From an uncultured Candidatus Saccharibacteria bacterium (lineage in GTDB: Bacteria > Patescibacteriota > Saccharimonadia > Saccharimonadales > JAUPVS01), in contig CAYPFM010000001.1 in the NCBI GenBank assembly GCA_964410185.1, positions 16,860-80,859 on the forward strand: a stretch of DNA of 64,000 bases. The letters run 5' to 3'. A model generated the notes under the pieces. That model did no database searches. It saw nothing but the letters and a program-made list of their open reading frames with translations, and was not told the origin of the DNA. Made by a program: the position numbers and the translations under genes. Below, piece after piece: positions 28,376-37,624 of this stretch. How positions within the stretch are numbered: the first letter of the stretch is position 1; each line of letters starts with the position of its first letter.

Positions 28376-28561
28376 ACTGCGGCTTCGGCCTCAAGGGCCT
28401 GCAGATGCAGTGCAGGAGGACATTCTTCATCCTGCGGGCGTTCGGCGTTCGGCCTACGATCTGCAGATGCAGCATGCAGCTACCCTTGCTACGCTGCTAT
28501 TTTGTACGAAGCAACATCACTTTTGCTTGCATCTGCAGACCCTTGAGGTCGAAGCCGCAAG
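28376..28561. repeat. about 34-bp inverted repeat pair enclosing about 118 bp (MITE-like or structured element) in the atpC / 28581 convergent gap
   Basis: The left arm ACTGCGGCTTCGGCCTCAAGGGCCTGCAGATGCA (28376-28409) pairs with the right arm TGCATCTGCAGACCCTTGAGGTCGAAGCCGCAAG (28528-28561). There are 2 mismatches. Internal hairpins are GCAGGA...TCCTGC and AAGCAA...TTGCTT. Confidence 0.7.
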
Positions 28562-28580
28562 CAAAAATGATGTTGTGAAG

Positions 28581-29642
28581 TTATTGCATGACGATGTAGT
28601 TGAGCGCATAGCCGCCCGGTGGCAGATTACAGCCATCACCGACACTAAAGCCAGCAACTGTCAGATTAAGCACATAGAACGTGCAGGCAGCGCCAACTGG
28701 GGTAATTACCACACGAGGGGGGCTTGCGTATTGCGTCTTAAAAGCAATGTTTGCAAGCGTGCCCGTGCCGGCTCCCGTCCCAATGTTGATAGCAATAGTC
28801 CCAGCGGCATCGTTGCCGCTAATCGACACTGTCCCGTTGTTGCCAAGCGCACTCCCGCCCTTGCCGATACTTGGGCTCTGCCCACTGGTTACGACGTGAC
28901 CACCGATTGATAGTGTCCCAGTTGAGGTGAGGCTGCTGGCGCTAAAGGTTTTGGCCGAGAATGTGCCACCAACCGATATATTACCAATCACGATCAGGCT
29001 GTTGTTCAGGGTTACTAGTTGGTTGGCGGTTACAGGACCTTGGAGTTGGGATGAACCGGTTACAACCAAACCATTGCGTAGATTAAGGTTATTTAGGGTG
29101 CCATTGCCACTGACATTCAGGTCACTAAATGACACCTTGCCAGCTTCGAGCTGGGTAATACTGGCTTCTGAGGCAGTAAATTTACTATTGAGTTTTAGCT
29201 GGCCACCAACGCTGACATCGCCTGCCACCACCACCTTGCTCTTGAATTCGGTGCTGGGACCGATCGTCAACACCACGCCCGAGTCACCGACACTGTTACT
29301 ATTAACGCCAACCTTGCTCAGAGCGGCCTTACTGATCGTCACCTGATCACTGGATTGATTATTGCTCTGGTTCTTCCCCTTTAAAACAAAAGCCAGCACT
29401 GCTGCGTTAATAGTCAGAATGGCAATCACGGCGGCTAGCCCTAAAAAGGTGGCTTTGTGGCTCGGGCGATAGGTTCGTTTATGATGGAACTTACCAACCT
29501 GGGCTGGGCCAGAAGGTACTGCGGGGGGTGGCGTGGCTGCTCCCGATTCTGGGGTGCCATCATCCGTCCGAGCAACCAGGGTCTCGGGCTCGGGTGTTGC
29601 ACTTGCAGCAGTATTCGTCTCAGGAGATGGTTTCTTATCCAT
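28581..29642 (-). CDS. membrane-anchored surface protein with beta-helix-like G/V/S/T repeats (353 aa)
   Basis: Pro-rich cytoplasmic N-terminus, one TM helix (FLGLAAVIAILTINAAVLAFVL), then repetitive ...V.G.L.L... segments such as GDVSVGGQLKL and GNISVGGTFSA. Confidence 0.7.
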   Translation of the reverse strand: MDKKPSPETNTAASATPEPETLVARTDDGTPESGAATPPPAVPSGPAQVGKFHHKRTYRPSHKATFLGLAAVIAILTINAAVLAFVLKGKNQSNNQSSDQVTISKAALSKVGVNSNSVGDSGVVLTIGPSTEFKSKVVVAGDVSVGGQLKLNSKFTASEASITQLEAGKVSFSDLNVSGNGTLNNLNLRNGLVVTGSSQLQGPVTANQLVTLNNSLIVIGNISVGGTFSAKTFSASSLTSTGTLSIGGHVVTSGQSPSIGKGGSALGNNGTVSISGNDAAGTIAINIGTGAGTGTLANIAFKTQYASPPRVVITPVGAACTFYVLNLTVAGFSVGDGCNLPPGGYALNYIVMQ

Positions 29643-29720
29643 CTGGCATTATTCCTCAATTCTGACACTTATTATACCGCTTAGGCTTAATTTGAGGTAA
29701 TTGTCTTTTGCAAAACGTTT

Positions 29721-30509
29721 ATGGCTTATAATATAAGCGTGTTTGCAGACTGGAAACTATTTGTACGGTTGTTGGGAGGGCGATTCGCCCGCTTGTTTTT
29801 GCGCGTCGCAAGTATTGGGGTGACTGTTTTTGTACTCTGCCCAAGTCTGGTTGCGGTTGCCGCACCACTGACTTCCAACAATTTTATCTTCCAGGAAACA
29901 TCCTTAGGCGGTGTTGGTAATTCGGGCGCCGCATCGGCCAACTTCCAGTCCAGCACCTCTGGTGAAACTATTGGTAACACCAATTCGGCCAGCTCAAACT
30001 TCCAAGTTAATGCCGGTAACACGACCACCAACGACCCCACCCTCGCCTTCAGTATCGTGTCTGGAACGGCTAGTTTCCCTGACTTTTCACCTGGCGCGGC
30101 CGTCACCGCCACGACCACCTTCCAGGTGGCCGATTACACCAGTTATGGCTACGTCGTACAGATAGTCGGTAACCCACCGAGTAATGGTACGCATACTCTG
30201 AATGCCATGTCAGTAACCAGCGCCTCACAGGCTGGTAACGAGCAGTTTGGCATCAATCTTGTCGCCAATACTTCCCCTGTTTCAGTGGGAGCAAACCCCG
30301 ACCATGGCCAGTTTGGCTTCGGCTCGGCCGCAACCAACTACGGAATTACCAACAACTATCGCTACGCCAGTGGCGAAACGATTGTGACTGGGCCCAAGAG
30401 TTCGGGAGTGACACTTTATACGATCAGCTACATTATTAATGTGAGTAGTTTGACGCCCGGTGGGCTCTATACGGGTGGACAGACACTTATTTGTACCGGC
30501 ACCTACTAA
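29721..30509 (+). CDS. secreted fibre-subunit-like protein, short paralogue (262 aa)
   Basis: Signal/TM region, then an S/T/N/G-rich beta-type sequence. Shares GNEQFGINLVAN and the C-terminal ...YTISYIINVSSLTPGGLYTGGQTLICTGTY pattern with the four downstream paralogues. Confidence 0.75.
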   Translation: MAYNISVFADWKLFVRLLGGRFARLFLRVASIGVTVFVLCPSLVAVAAPLTSNNFIFQETSLGGVGNSGAASANFQSSTSGETIGNTNSASSNFQVNAGNTTTNDPTLAFSIVSGTASFPDFSPGAAVTATTTFQVADYTSYGYVVQIVGNPPSNGTHTLNAMSVTSASQAGNEQFGINLVANTSPVSVGANPDHGQFGFGSAATNYGITNNYRYASGETIVTGPKSSGVTLYTISYIINVSSLTPGGLYTGGQTLICTGTY

Positions 30510-30651
30510 ACAGAGTTATCCACAGCTACCGTCGGCCAATCCCTTGGTAAAATTATTGACAATGCCATAAGCAGCTTGGTACCATCTGAACATAAAGTAT
30601 TAATTTTGCTGACACATAAAGTGTTAAGCGAAGAAACAAAAACAAAAAAAC

Positions 30652-31770
30652 ATGTTTAAAAAATTAAATCGAGCCCTCGCATTAACAGCCGCAATCGCCC
30701 TGATTGTTGGTTTAGTGGTTGAAGTACCAACTCCCCACTCCGTATCAGCCGCCCAAATTAATAACCGGAGTATCACCTTGCAAGCCGGTGCCACTGATGG
30801 TGGTTCTATGCCCGGTGGCGTCGTGAATCACCTCTTCCAGTTTGATGTTGGTAGTACGGCCAGTGTTGGTTCAATCGACTTCCAGTACTGCACCTTGGCA
30901 ATTGGTACTTGTACAACGCCAACTGGTCTATCAACTACATCTGCAACTATGGGTACGCAAGCTGGTGCGACTGGCTTCTCGCTCGTGAACACCACCAACG
31001 GCGCACCATATCTTACCCGTACGGCGGCCAGCATTAACTCTGGTACCACGCTGTCGTATCAATTACTCAGCGTTACGAACCCAACTACGACGAACCTAAC
31101 CTTCTTTGTTCGTATCAATACCTACGCTTCTACTAATGCCACCGGTAGCCCAATTGACAGCGGTAACGTGGCTGCAAGTACGGCTACTCAGATCGTTCTC
31201 ACCGGAACTATGCCTGAATCGCTCGTCTTCTGTGCTGGTGGCACTATTAGTACCACTGGTGGTGTGCCAGATTGTGCCACCGCAACCTCTGGTGCCGTTA
31301 GCTTTAACCAGCTCTTCTCGCCAACCGATACGGCGACCGCTCTATCGCAGCTCAGCGCCTCGACGAACGCTGGTTCTGGGTATGCCATTACCGTTAATGG
31401 TCCGACCCTGACTTCTGGTAGCAATACCGTCTCGGCTATGGGTGCCTCAACGGCCGGCGTCCATGGTGTCAGTCAGTTTGGCTTGAACCTCAAGGCTAAC
31501 ACCACGGCTACATCGACGATTGCCGTCGGAACTGAAGTTGCTCCAACCTCAAACGGTACCAACTATCGTGGGCAAGCAATCACTGGCTACTCCACCGTCG
31601 ACGCTTTCAAGTTTGTTACTGGCGATACCGTCGCTAACAGTGCCCAAGGTGGTGCTGGTGGTTCGGATGCCCAGATCTTTACGGTTGCTTACATCGTCAA
31701 CGTGCCTGGTAGTCAGCCAGCTGGTACCTACACAACGACCCTTACATACATCTGTACTCCAACCTTCTAA
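30652..31770 (+). CDS. secreted fibre-subunit-like protein, paralogue 2 (372 aa)
   Basis: Signal peptide ending VSA|AQINNRS. Conserved Cys pairs (YCTLAIGTCTTP; FCAGGTISTTGGVPDC). C-terminus FTVAYIVNVPGSQPAGTYTTTLTYICTPTF. Confidence 0.85.
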   Translation: MFKKLNRALALTAAIALIVGLVVEVPTPHSVSAAQINNRSITLQAGATDGGSMPGGVVNHLFQFDVGSTASVGSIDFQYCTLAIGTCTTPTGLSTTSATMGTQAGATGFSLVNTTNGAPYLTRTAASINSGTTLSYQLLSVTNPTTTNLTFFVRINTYASTNATGSPIDSGNVAASTATQIVLTGTMPESLVFCAGGTISTTGGVPDCATATSGAVSFNQLFSPTDTATALSQLSASTNAGSGYAITVNGPTLTSGSNTVSAMGASTAGVHGVSQFGLNLKANTTATSTIAVGTEVAPTSNGTNYRGQAITGYSTVDAFKFVTGDTVANSAQGGAGGSDAQIFTVAYIVNVPGSQPAGTYTTTLTYICTPTF

Positions 31771-31802
31771 ATAGTCTTTTCCACAAAAAGTTCTTATTCT
31801 TT

Positions 31803-31832
31803 TTGACTATCGCTAAAAGCTAATGGTAGTAT
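31803..31832 (+). promoter_or_regulatory. putative promoter giving a leaderless or near-leaderless mRNA for paralogue 3
   Basis: TTGACT, 18 nt, (TGG)TAGTAT, then only TGAGCC before the ATG at 31839. No Shine-Dalgarno sequence. Confidence 0.45.
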
Positions 31833-31838
31833 TGAGCC

Positions 31839-32957
31839 ATGAGCTTCAATAGAAGGGTGCGCGCATCGATTAGTGCTGTTGTTGGCATAGTCTTTGTGCT
31901 GGCGATAAGTTTAATGTCCACCGTCTCTGTTTCTGCGGCCCAAATTAATAACCGTAGCCTAACGCTGCAGGCTGGCGCCACTGATGGTGGCTCCAAGCCC
32001 GGCGGTGTCGTGAATCACCTCTTCCAGTTCGATACCGGTAGCACAAACAGCGTTGGTTCAATTAAATTCGAATACTGTACCTTGGCAATTGGTACTTGTA
32101 CAACGCCAACTGGCCTGGACACAACGTCCGCAACCATGGGTACGCAAGCTGGTGCGACTGGCTTCTCGCTGGTCAATACCACCAACGGCTCACCCTACCT
32201 CACTCGCACAGCAGCCAGCATTACTATTGGTACAACTTTGTCATACCAGCTCTTGAGCGTTACCAATCCAACCACCACGAACCAGACGTTCTTTGTCCGG
32301 ATTAGCACTTACACCGCTACCAACGCAACCGGTAGTGCCCTCGACAGTGGTGTCGTGGCTGCTAGTACGGCAACCCAGGTAGTACTATCGGGGACTATGC
32401 CTGAATCACTCGTCTTCTGTGCTGGTGGCACTATTAGTACCACTGGTGGTGTGCCCGACTGTGCTACTGCCACGAGTGGTGCGGTTAGTTTTAATCAGCT
32501 CTTCTCGCCAACCGATACAGCTACGGCGACATCGCAACTGAGTGCTTCAACCAATGCCGGCTCTGGGTATGCCATTACCGTTAATGGTCCGACCCTGACT
32601 TCTGGTGCTAACACAGTTACCGCTATGGCTTCTGCAACCGCTGGCGTCCATGGTGTCAGCCAGTTTGGCTTGAACCTCAAGGCTAATACCACGGCTACTT
32701 CAACCGTAGCAGTTGGTACTGAAGTTGCTCCCGTATCGAACGGTACCAACTATCGCGGTCAGGCAATCACTGGGTATTCAACAGTTGATGCGTTTAAATT
32801 CGTGTCGGGCAACACCGTCGCCAACAGCGCCCAAGGTGGTGCTGGTGGTTCGGACGCCCAGATCTTTACCGTCGCTTACATCGTTAATGTCCCTGGTAGT
32901 CAGCCAGCGGGTACCTACACAACGACTCTTACATACATCTGTACTCCAACATTCTAG
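31839..32957 (+). CDS. secreted fibre-subunit-like protein, paralogue 3 (372 aa)
   Basis: Near-identical to paralogue 2 over most of its length, including long identical nucleotide runs. Same C-terminal 30 aa. Confidence 0.85.
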   Translation: MSFNRRVRASISAVVGIVFVLAISLMSTVSVSAAQINNRSLTLQAGATDGGSKPGGVVNHLFQFDTGSTNSVGSIKFEYCTLAIGTCTTPTGLDTTSATMGTQAGATGFSLVNTTNGSPYLTRTAASITIGTTLSYQLLSVTNPTTTNQTFFVRISTYTATNATGSALDSGVVAASTATQVVLSGTMPESLVFCAGGTISTTGGVPDCATATSGAVSFNQLFSPTDTATATSQLSASTNAGSGYAITVNGPTLTSGANTVTAMASATAGVHGVSQFGLNLKANTTATSTVAVGTEVAPVSNGTNYRGQAITGYSTVDAFKFVSGNTVANSAQGGAGGSDAQIFTVAYIVNVPGSQPAGTYTTTLTYICTPTF

Positions 32958-32983
32958 CCACCACCCAAAACGTGAGCGGTTTC

Positions 32984-33013
32984 TTTGACGAGCGCTAAAA
33001 GCTAATGGTAGTA
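32984..33013 (+). promoter_or_regulatory. putative promoter giving a leaderless or near-leaderless mRNA for paralogue 4
   Basis: TTGACG, 18 nt, TAGTAT, TGAGCC, then ATG (33021). The block GCTAAAAGCTAATGGTAGTATTGAGCCATGAG is repeated verbatim from paralogue 3. Confidence 0.45.
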
Positions 33014-33020
33014 TTGAGCC

Positions 33021-34139
33021 ATGAGAGTGAGCGGGAGAATACACGCCTGGACTAGTGCTGTTTTTGGCATTATTTTTGTGGTGCTCCTGGCACTTATCCC
33101 AACCAGACCAGTCTTAGCCGCCCAAATTACTGACCGTAGCTTAACTTTGCAGGCTGGCGTCAGTGATGGTGGTTCTAAACCTGGTGGTGTCGTCGATCAC
33201 CTGTTTGCCTTCACCATTGGTTCGACCGCCAGTGTTGGCTCGATTCAGTTTCAGTACTGCACCATCGCCGTTGGTACTTGCACGACACCAACCGGCCTGG
33301 TAACCACCGGCGCCAGTATGGGAACCCAGGCTGGAGCTACTGGTTTTACACTCGTGAACACGACCAATGGCGCACCATACATCACTCGCACAGCAGCAAG
33401 CATATCCAGTAGCACGGCCGTAAGTTACCAGCTTGTAACCGTCACCAACCCGACCACCACCAACCAGACCTTCTTTGTTCGTATCAATACTTACGCCTCG
33501 ACAAATGCCACTGGTAGCCCAATTGACACCGGTGTCGTCGCCGCGAGTACCTCCACGCAGGTAGTTCTGTCGGGGGTGATGCCTGAATCCTTGATCTTTT
33601 GCACCGGTGGAACCGTCAGCACAACTGGGGGCATACCAGACTGCTCAACAGCCACGAGCGGTGCGGTTAGCTTTAATCAGCTCTTCTCGCCTACCTCAGC
33701 GGCCACAGCGACGTCGCAGATGGCTGCCTCGACAAATGCTAGTGCTGGCTATGTTATTAGCGTTAACGGGGCCACAATGACGTCAGGAGCCAATACTATT
33801 ACTGCCCTGACTGCGGCGACAGCAGCTGCGATTGGTAACGGACAGTTTGGGTTGAACCTCGTCACCAATACTACGGCGGCTTCTAGCCCTGCCGTTGGTG
33901 CTGGTATTGCCCCTACCTCAAACGGAACAGACCTCAAAGGTCAGCCACTATCTGGGTACAACACTGCTGATACTTTTAAGTTTAATTCTGGTGATACCAT
34001 CGCCAATAGTGCCGTCAGTGGCGCCGGGCCAACCAATGCGCAGATCTATACAACTTCTTACATCGTCAACGTGCCTGGTAGTCAGCCAGCTGGTACCTAT
34101 ACAACGACATTGACCTATATTTGTACTCCAACATTTTAG
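33021..34139 (+). CDS. secreted fibre-subunit-like protein, paralogue 4 (372 aa)
   Basis: Same architecture and the same C-terminus ...VPGSQPAGTYTTTLTYICTPTF. The middle region is more diverged. Confidence 0.85.
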   Translation: MRVSGRIHAWTSAVFGIIFVVLLALIPTRPVLAAQITDRSLTLQAGVSDGGSKPGGVVDHLFAFTIGSTASVGSIQFQYCTIAVGTCTTPTGLVTTGASMGTQAGATGFTLVNTTNGAPYITRTAASISSSTAVSYQLVTVTNPTTTNQTFFVRINTYASTNATGSPIDTGVVAASTSTQVVLSGVMPESLIFCTGGTVSTTGGIPDCSTATSGAVSFNQLFSPTSAATATSQMAASTNASAGYVISVNGATMTSGANTITALTAATAAAIGNGQFGLNLVTNTTAASSPAVGAGIAPTSNGTDLKGQPLSGYNTADTFKFNSGDTIANSAVSGAGPTNAQIYTTSYIVNVPGSQPAGTYTTTLTYICTPTF

Positions 34140-34185
34140 AAATATTTTCTAAAATACCCCTGTTCATAAAATAGTGGTTATTCTT

Positions 34186-34215
34186 TTGACTATCGCTAAA
34201 TGCTCATGGTAGTAT
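34186..34215 (+). promoter_or_regulatory. putative promoter giving a leaderless or near-leaderless mRNA for paralogue 5
   Basis: TTGACT, 18 nt, TAGTAT, TGAGCC, then ATG (34222). Confidence 0.45.
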
Positions 34216-34221
34216 TGAGCC

Positions 34222-35343
34222 ATGAGAGTGAACGGACGAGGGTTTCTTAGTGTTAGTGCGGCTTTTTCTGCACTACTCTTCGTTATTATGCTAATAACGC
34301 TTCCGATTCAGGCTGCGGCCGCTACACAGATTACTAACCGGAGTTTGACGCTCATAGCCGGCGCCAGCGATGGTGGTTCCAAGCCAAGCGGTGTTGTTAA
34401 CCACTCCTTCACCTTTACCGTTCCTACCGGTGGTAGTGTCGGTTCAATCCAGTTCTTGTACTGTACAACTCCTAGCATTGCCGCCTGTGTCACCCCAACC
34501 GGCTTATCAACAACATCGGCTACCCTAAGCAGCCAGACCGGTGCTACGGGCTTCACGATGGTTAATGGTACTAACGGCGCTCCTTATATTACTCGCACCG
34601 CAGCAACTATTACCGGTGGCACGACGCTCACCTACCAATTAAACACCATCACCAACCCATCCACTGTTGGTCAATTCTTCGTCCGTATTTCGACCTTTAC
34701 CGCGACAAATGCTACTGGTAGTGCAATTGACGCCGGTAGTGTCGCAGCCAGTACGGCTGCTCAGATTGTGCTAACCGGAACCATGCCTGAATCGATTATC
34801 TTCTGTGCTGGCGGTACTATTAGTACTACTTCTGGCATCCCTGACTGTACCACTGCTACCAGTGGTTCAATCACCTTTGCAAACCTGTTCTCCCCGTCTT
34901 CTACAGAAACCGCTACCTCACAAATGGCGGCGTCAACAAATGCCAGCGCGGGGTATGTCATAACCGTCAACGGGGCCACTATGACGTCAGGATCTGCCAC
35001 CATACCCGCCATGAGTACGGCGACAGGCTCGGTTGTGGGAACCAGTCAGTTTGGAATGAACCTGGTAGCGAATACAACTGCCACGTCCACACCAGCGGTC
35101 GGAGCGGCTATCACGGCTGCTTCTAACGGAACCACCTTGAAGGGACAGGCCCTTACCGGTTACAATACTGCTGATGTCTTTAAGTTTGCGTCGGGTGATA
35201 GTGTAGCCAACAGTGCCGTCAGTGGCGCCGGGCCAACCAACTCACAGATTTATACTGCATCTTATATCATTAACGTGAGTGGTGGTCAGCTCGCTGGCAC
35301 CTATACAACAACATTAACTTACATATGTACGGCAACATTTTAA
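34222..35343 (+). CDS. secreted fibre-subunit-like protein, paralogue 5 (373 aa)
   Basis: Same architecture. The C-terminus is diverged to ...VSGGQLAGTYTTTLTYICTATF. Confidence 0.85.
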   Translation: MRVNGRGFLSVSAAFSALLFVIMLITLPIQAAAATQITNRSLTLIAGASDGGSKPSGVVNHSFTFTVPTGGSVGSIQFLYCTTPSIAACVTPTGLSTTSATLSSQTGATGFTMVNGTNGAPYITRTAATITGGTTLTYQLNTITNPSTVGQFFVRISTFTATNATGSAIDAGSVAASTAAQIVLTGTMPESIIFCAGGTISTTSGIPDCTTATSGSITFANLFSPSSTETATSQMAASTNASAGYVITVNGATMTSGSATIPAMSTATGSVVGTSQFGMNLVANTTATSTPAVGAAITAASNGTTLKGQALTGYNTADVFKFASGDSVANSAVSGAGPTNSQIYTASYIINVSGGQLAGTYTTTLTYICTATF

Positions 35344-35345
35344 CT

Positions 35346-36410
35346 ATGAAAAAAACTATACAATCAACTCTACTCCTGGCCGTATTCACCCTTAGCTTGA
35401 TGTTCGCCAACACCGCCGGTGCTTTGGCAGCAACCGCCCCCAAGGCTCCCGCGGCCGCAAACCCCGCCAACAACGGTCAAGCACTTGAAATCGCCCCACC
35501 GGTCATTTACCTAACGGTCAGTCCTGGCCAAACCGTTAATACCCAGATCCTGATTCGCGATATTTCAAGTGGTTCACTATTAGTTACCGGTCAAGTTAAC
35601 GACTTTGTTGCCTCCGGACAAGACGGTACACCAAAAGTAATCCTCGATAACGACACCAATAACCCCTACGGAATGAAGAATTGGGTCGCCCCGCTACCAA
35701 AACTCCTATTGGTACCTCGTGAAATTAAGAGTCTGCCGGTTACCATCAAGGTCCCTGCTGACGCTTCGCCAGGTGGCCACTACGGCGTTGTCCGCTTTAC
35801 TGCCACCGCTCCATCACTCGAAGGTAACGGCGTGTCCCTGTCTGCTAGTCTTGGCTCACTCATTCTACTAACTGTTAGTGGCAAGACGACCCAGAGCCTA
35901 TCAACCCAGTCCTTTACGGTGAGCAAGGGCGATAAGACCGGTAAGCTATTCGAATCTGGTCCAGTCAGCTTTACTGAAGTACTAAAGAACAATGGTAACG
36001 TCCATGTTCAGCCAGTTGGTCAAGTAACAGTCACTGACTTGTTTGGCAAAAAGCTGGCGGCAGTCAACGTTAATACTCCTCCGGGCAACATTCTGCCAGG
36101 TAGTACCCGTAAATTCACCCAAAAGCTCGACAGCAGTGTTATTGGCAATAAGCACCTATTCGGCCGCTACAAGGCCGTTATGAAGGTCACGTACGGCACA
36201 AACAAGCAGGTTCTCACCAGCACCACCACCTTCTGGGTGATTCCATACAAGCTTATCGGCATCGTCATCCTCATTCTCATCGTTCTCTTCTTCCTGATAC
36301 GCTTCCTCCTCCGCCGCTATAACCGGTACATCCTCAAGCAGGGTGGTCGACAAAAGACTCCAAAGAATCCGCCAACAACACCACAACCACCGCAACACCC
36401 TCAGCAGTAA
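35346..36410 (+). CDS. CscA / WxL-interacting-protein-like cell-surface protein (DUF916+DUF3324-type layout, C-terminal TM anchor; 354 aa)
   Basis: Signal peptide. LEIAPPVIYLTVSPGQTVNTQILIRDISSG...VPADASPGGHYGVVRF in the first half, and a second beta-rich half ending ...TTFWVIPYKLIGIVILILIVLFFLIRFLLRRYNR (TM plus basic stop-transfer). The start is 2 nt after the paralogue 5 stop. Confidence 0.6.
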   Translation: MKKTIQSTLLLAVFTLSLMFANTAGALAATAPKAPAAANPANNGQALEIAPPVIYLTVSPGQTVNTQILIRDISSGSLLVTGQVNDFVASGQDGTPKVILDNDTNNPYGMKNWVAPLPKLLLVPREIKSLPVTIKVPADASPGGHYGVVRFTATAPSLEGNGVSLSASLGSLILLTVSGKTTQSLSTQSFTVSKGDKTGKLFESGPVSFTEVLKNNGNVHVQPVGQVTVTDLFGKKLAAVNVNTPPGNILPGSTRKFTQKLDSSVIGNKHLFGRYKAVMKVTYGTNKQVLTSTTTFWVIPYKLIGIVILILIVLFFLIRFLLRRYNRYILKQGGRQKTPKNPPTTPQPPQHPQQ

Positions 36411-36462
36411 CCCCTGTTAGCCACCAGACTCCACATCGTTAGCATAAGTGCTATAATAATCG

Positions 36463-37485
36463 ATGATGTACTATGCCTCATTTGATAAAAAATCAAAAAC
36501 AAAACTGATTAGCTCCAAACATAGTGGACGCTTGCGCCCCCATGAGCATACTGCCTACCTCCCCTTAGCCTTCTTGGTGTTTGCGGTGGGCGTAATACTG
36601 GCCGGCTACTCAGTTATATCGATGTCGTCGGTTCTTGCTGACCACCCAGCGCCACAGTCGGGTTCGGTGAGCCTCACTGGGGCGGTGCCTGCTGCGCCCC
36701 CCAAAGTAGCTGCCACCATCACCTCTCCAACCTCCAACCAGCACTTTAATGTATCGACCATCACCATTACTGGAACCTGCCCAAAAGGAACTTTGGTTGA
36801 AATATTTAAAAACAGTATCTTTGCCGGCTCGACGCCGTGCGAAGACAATGGCAAGTACACCATCAACATTGACCTACTGTATGGGCAGAATTCTATTACC
36901 GCGCAGGTCTATGACACGCTCAACCAAGCTGGTCCGCCATCCACGGCCATAATTGTGTACTACGATGCTTCACAATTGCAGGGCGCGGCACTAGAGCAGC
37001 TCAATTTTAATGGTTCGCAATTACTGCTTAATACCGATGCTGTCTACCGCGGAAGCTTCCCCGGACAGACGCTCAATGTGCCCGTCACAATCATTGGTGG
37101 CAGCGCACCATATGCTGTTAACGTGGTGTGGGGTGACTCGAACAACAAAATTATACCTCGCGGCGACAGCACCCTTTTTAACGCCTCACATGCCTACGAC
37201 AAGCCCGGTACCTACAAAATCACCTTGGCCGGAACAGATAGCAAACAGCAAGTTGCCTTCCTAACTGTGGCTGCAATCGTTAACGGACAGCCGAATGGAA
37301 CCGGTGCTGGCGGGACCCAAAATAACGACAAAAAAACCATATTGAACAAATTATTTGTTCTCTGGCCGCTCTATGCTGTGAGTGCCACAATGGTCATAAG
37401 TTTCTGGTTGGGCGAGCGCCGCGAGAAGAAAATCATTGGCGATCCTGACAAAAAAACACCACCCCTTGGAATTGGCCAACATTAA
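36463..37485 (+). CDS. bitopic membrane protein with Ig-like/PKD-like domains (340 aa)
   Basis: N-terminal TM, PKD-type motif NASHAYDKPGTYKITLAGTD, and a C-terminal TM (LFVLWPLYAVSATMVISFWL). Confidence 0.65.
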   Translation: MMYYASFDKKSKTKLISSKHSGRLRPHEHTAYLPLAFLVFAVGVILAGYSVISMSSVLADHPAPQSGSVSLTGAVPAAPPKVAATITSPTSNQHFNVSTITITGTCPKGTLVEIFKNSIFAGSTPCEDNGKYTINIDLLYGQNSITAQVYDTLNQAGPPSTAIIVYYDASQLQGAALEQLNFNGSQLLLNTDAVYRGSFPGQTLNVPVTIIGGSAPYAVNVVWGDSNNKIIPRGDSTLFNASHAYDKPGTYKITLAGTDSKQQVAFLTVAAIVNGQPNGTGAGGTQNNDKKTILNKLFVLWPLYAVSATMVISFWLGERREKKIIGDPDKKTPPLGIGQH

Positions 37486-37624
37486 TCTGTAAAAAATGCT
37501 TGCAATCTTGTCTATAAAGCTTATAGTTATAGCTATAGAGATAGACTAGATGCGAATAAAAGAGTAGAACAAGCGTCTTCCCTAAGCACCAGCAAATAAA
37601 AAATTAAAACAGATACAAACAAAC

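Noticed and set aside
28410-28910. ORF 28410-28910(+), 166 aa.
   Set aside because: It starts inside the inverted-repeat element and runs antisense to the well-supported 353-aa surface protein gene. Its composition is implausible.
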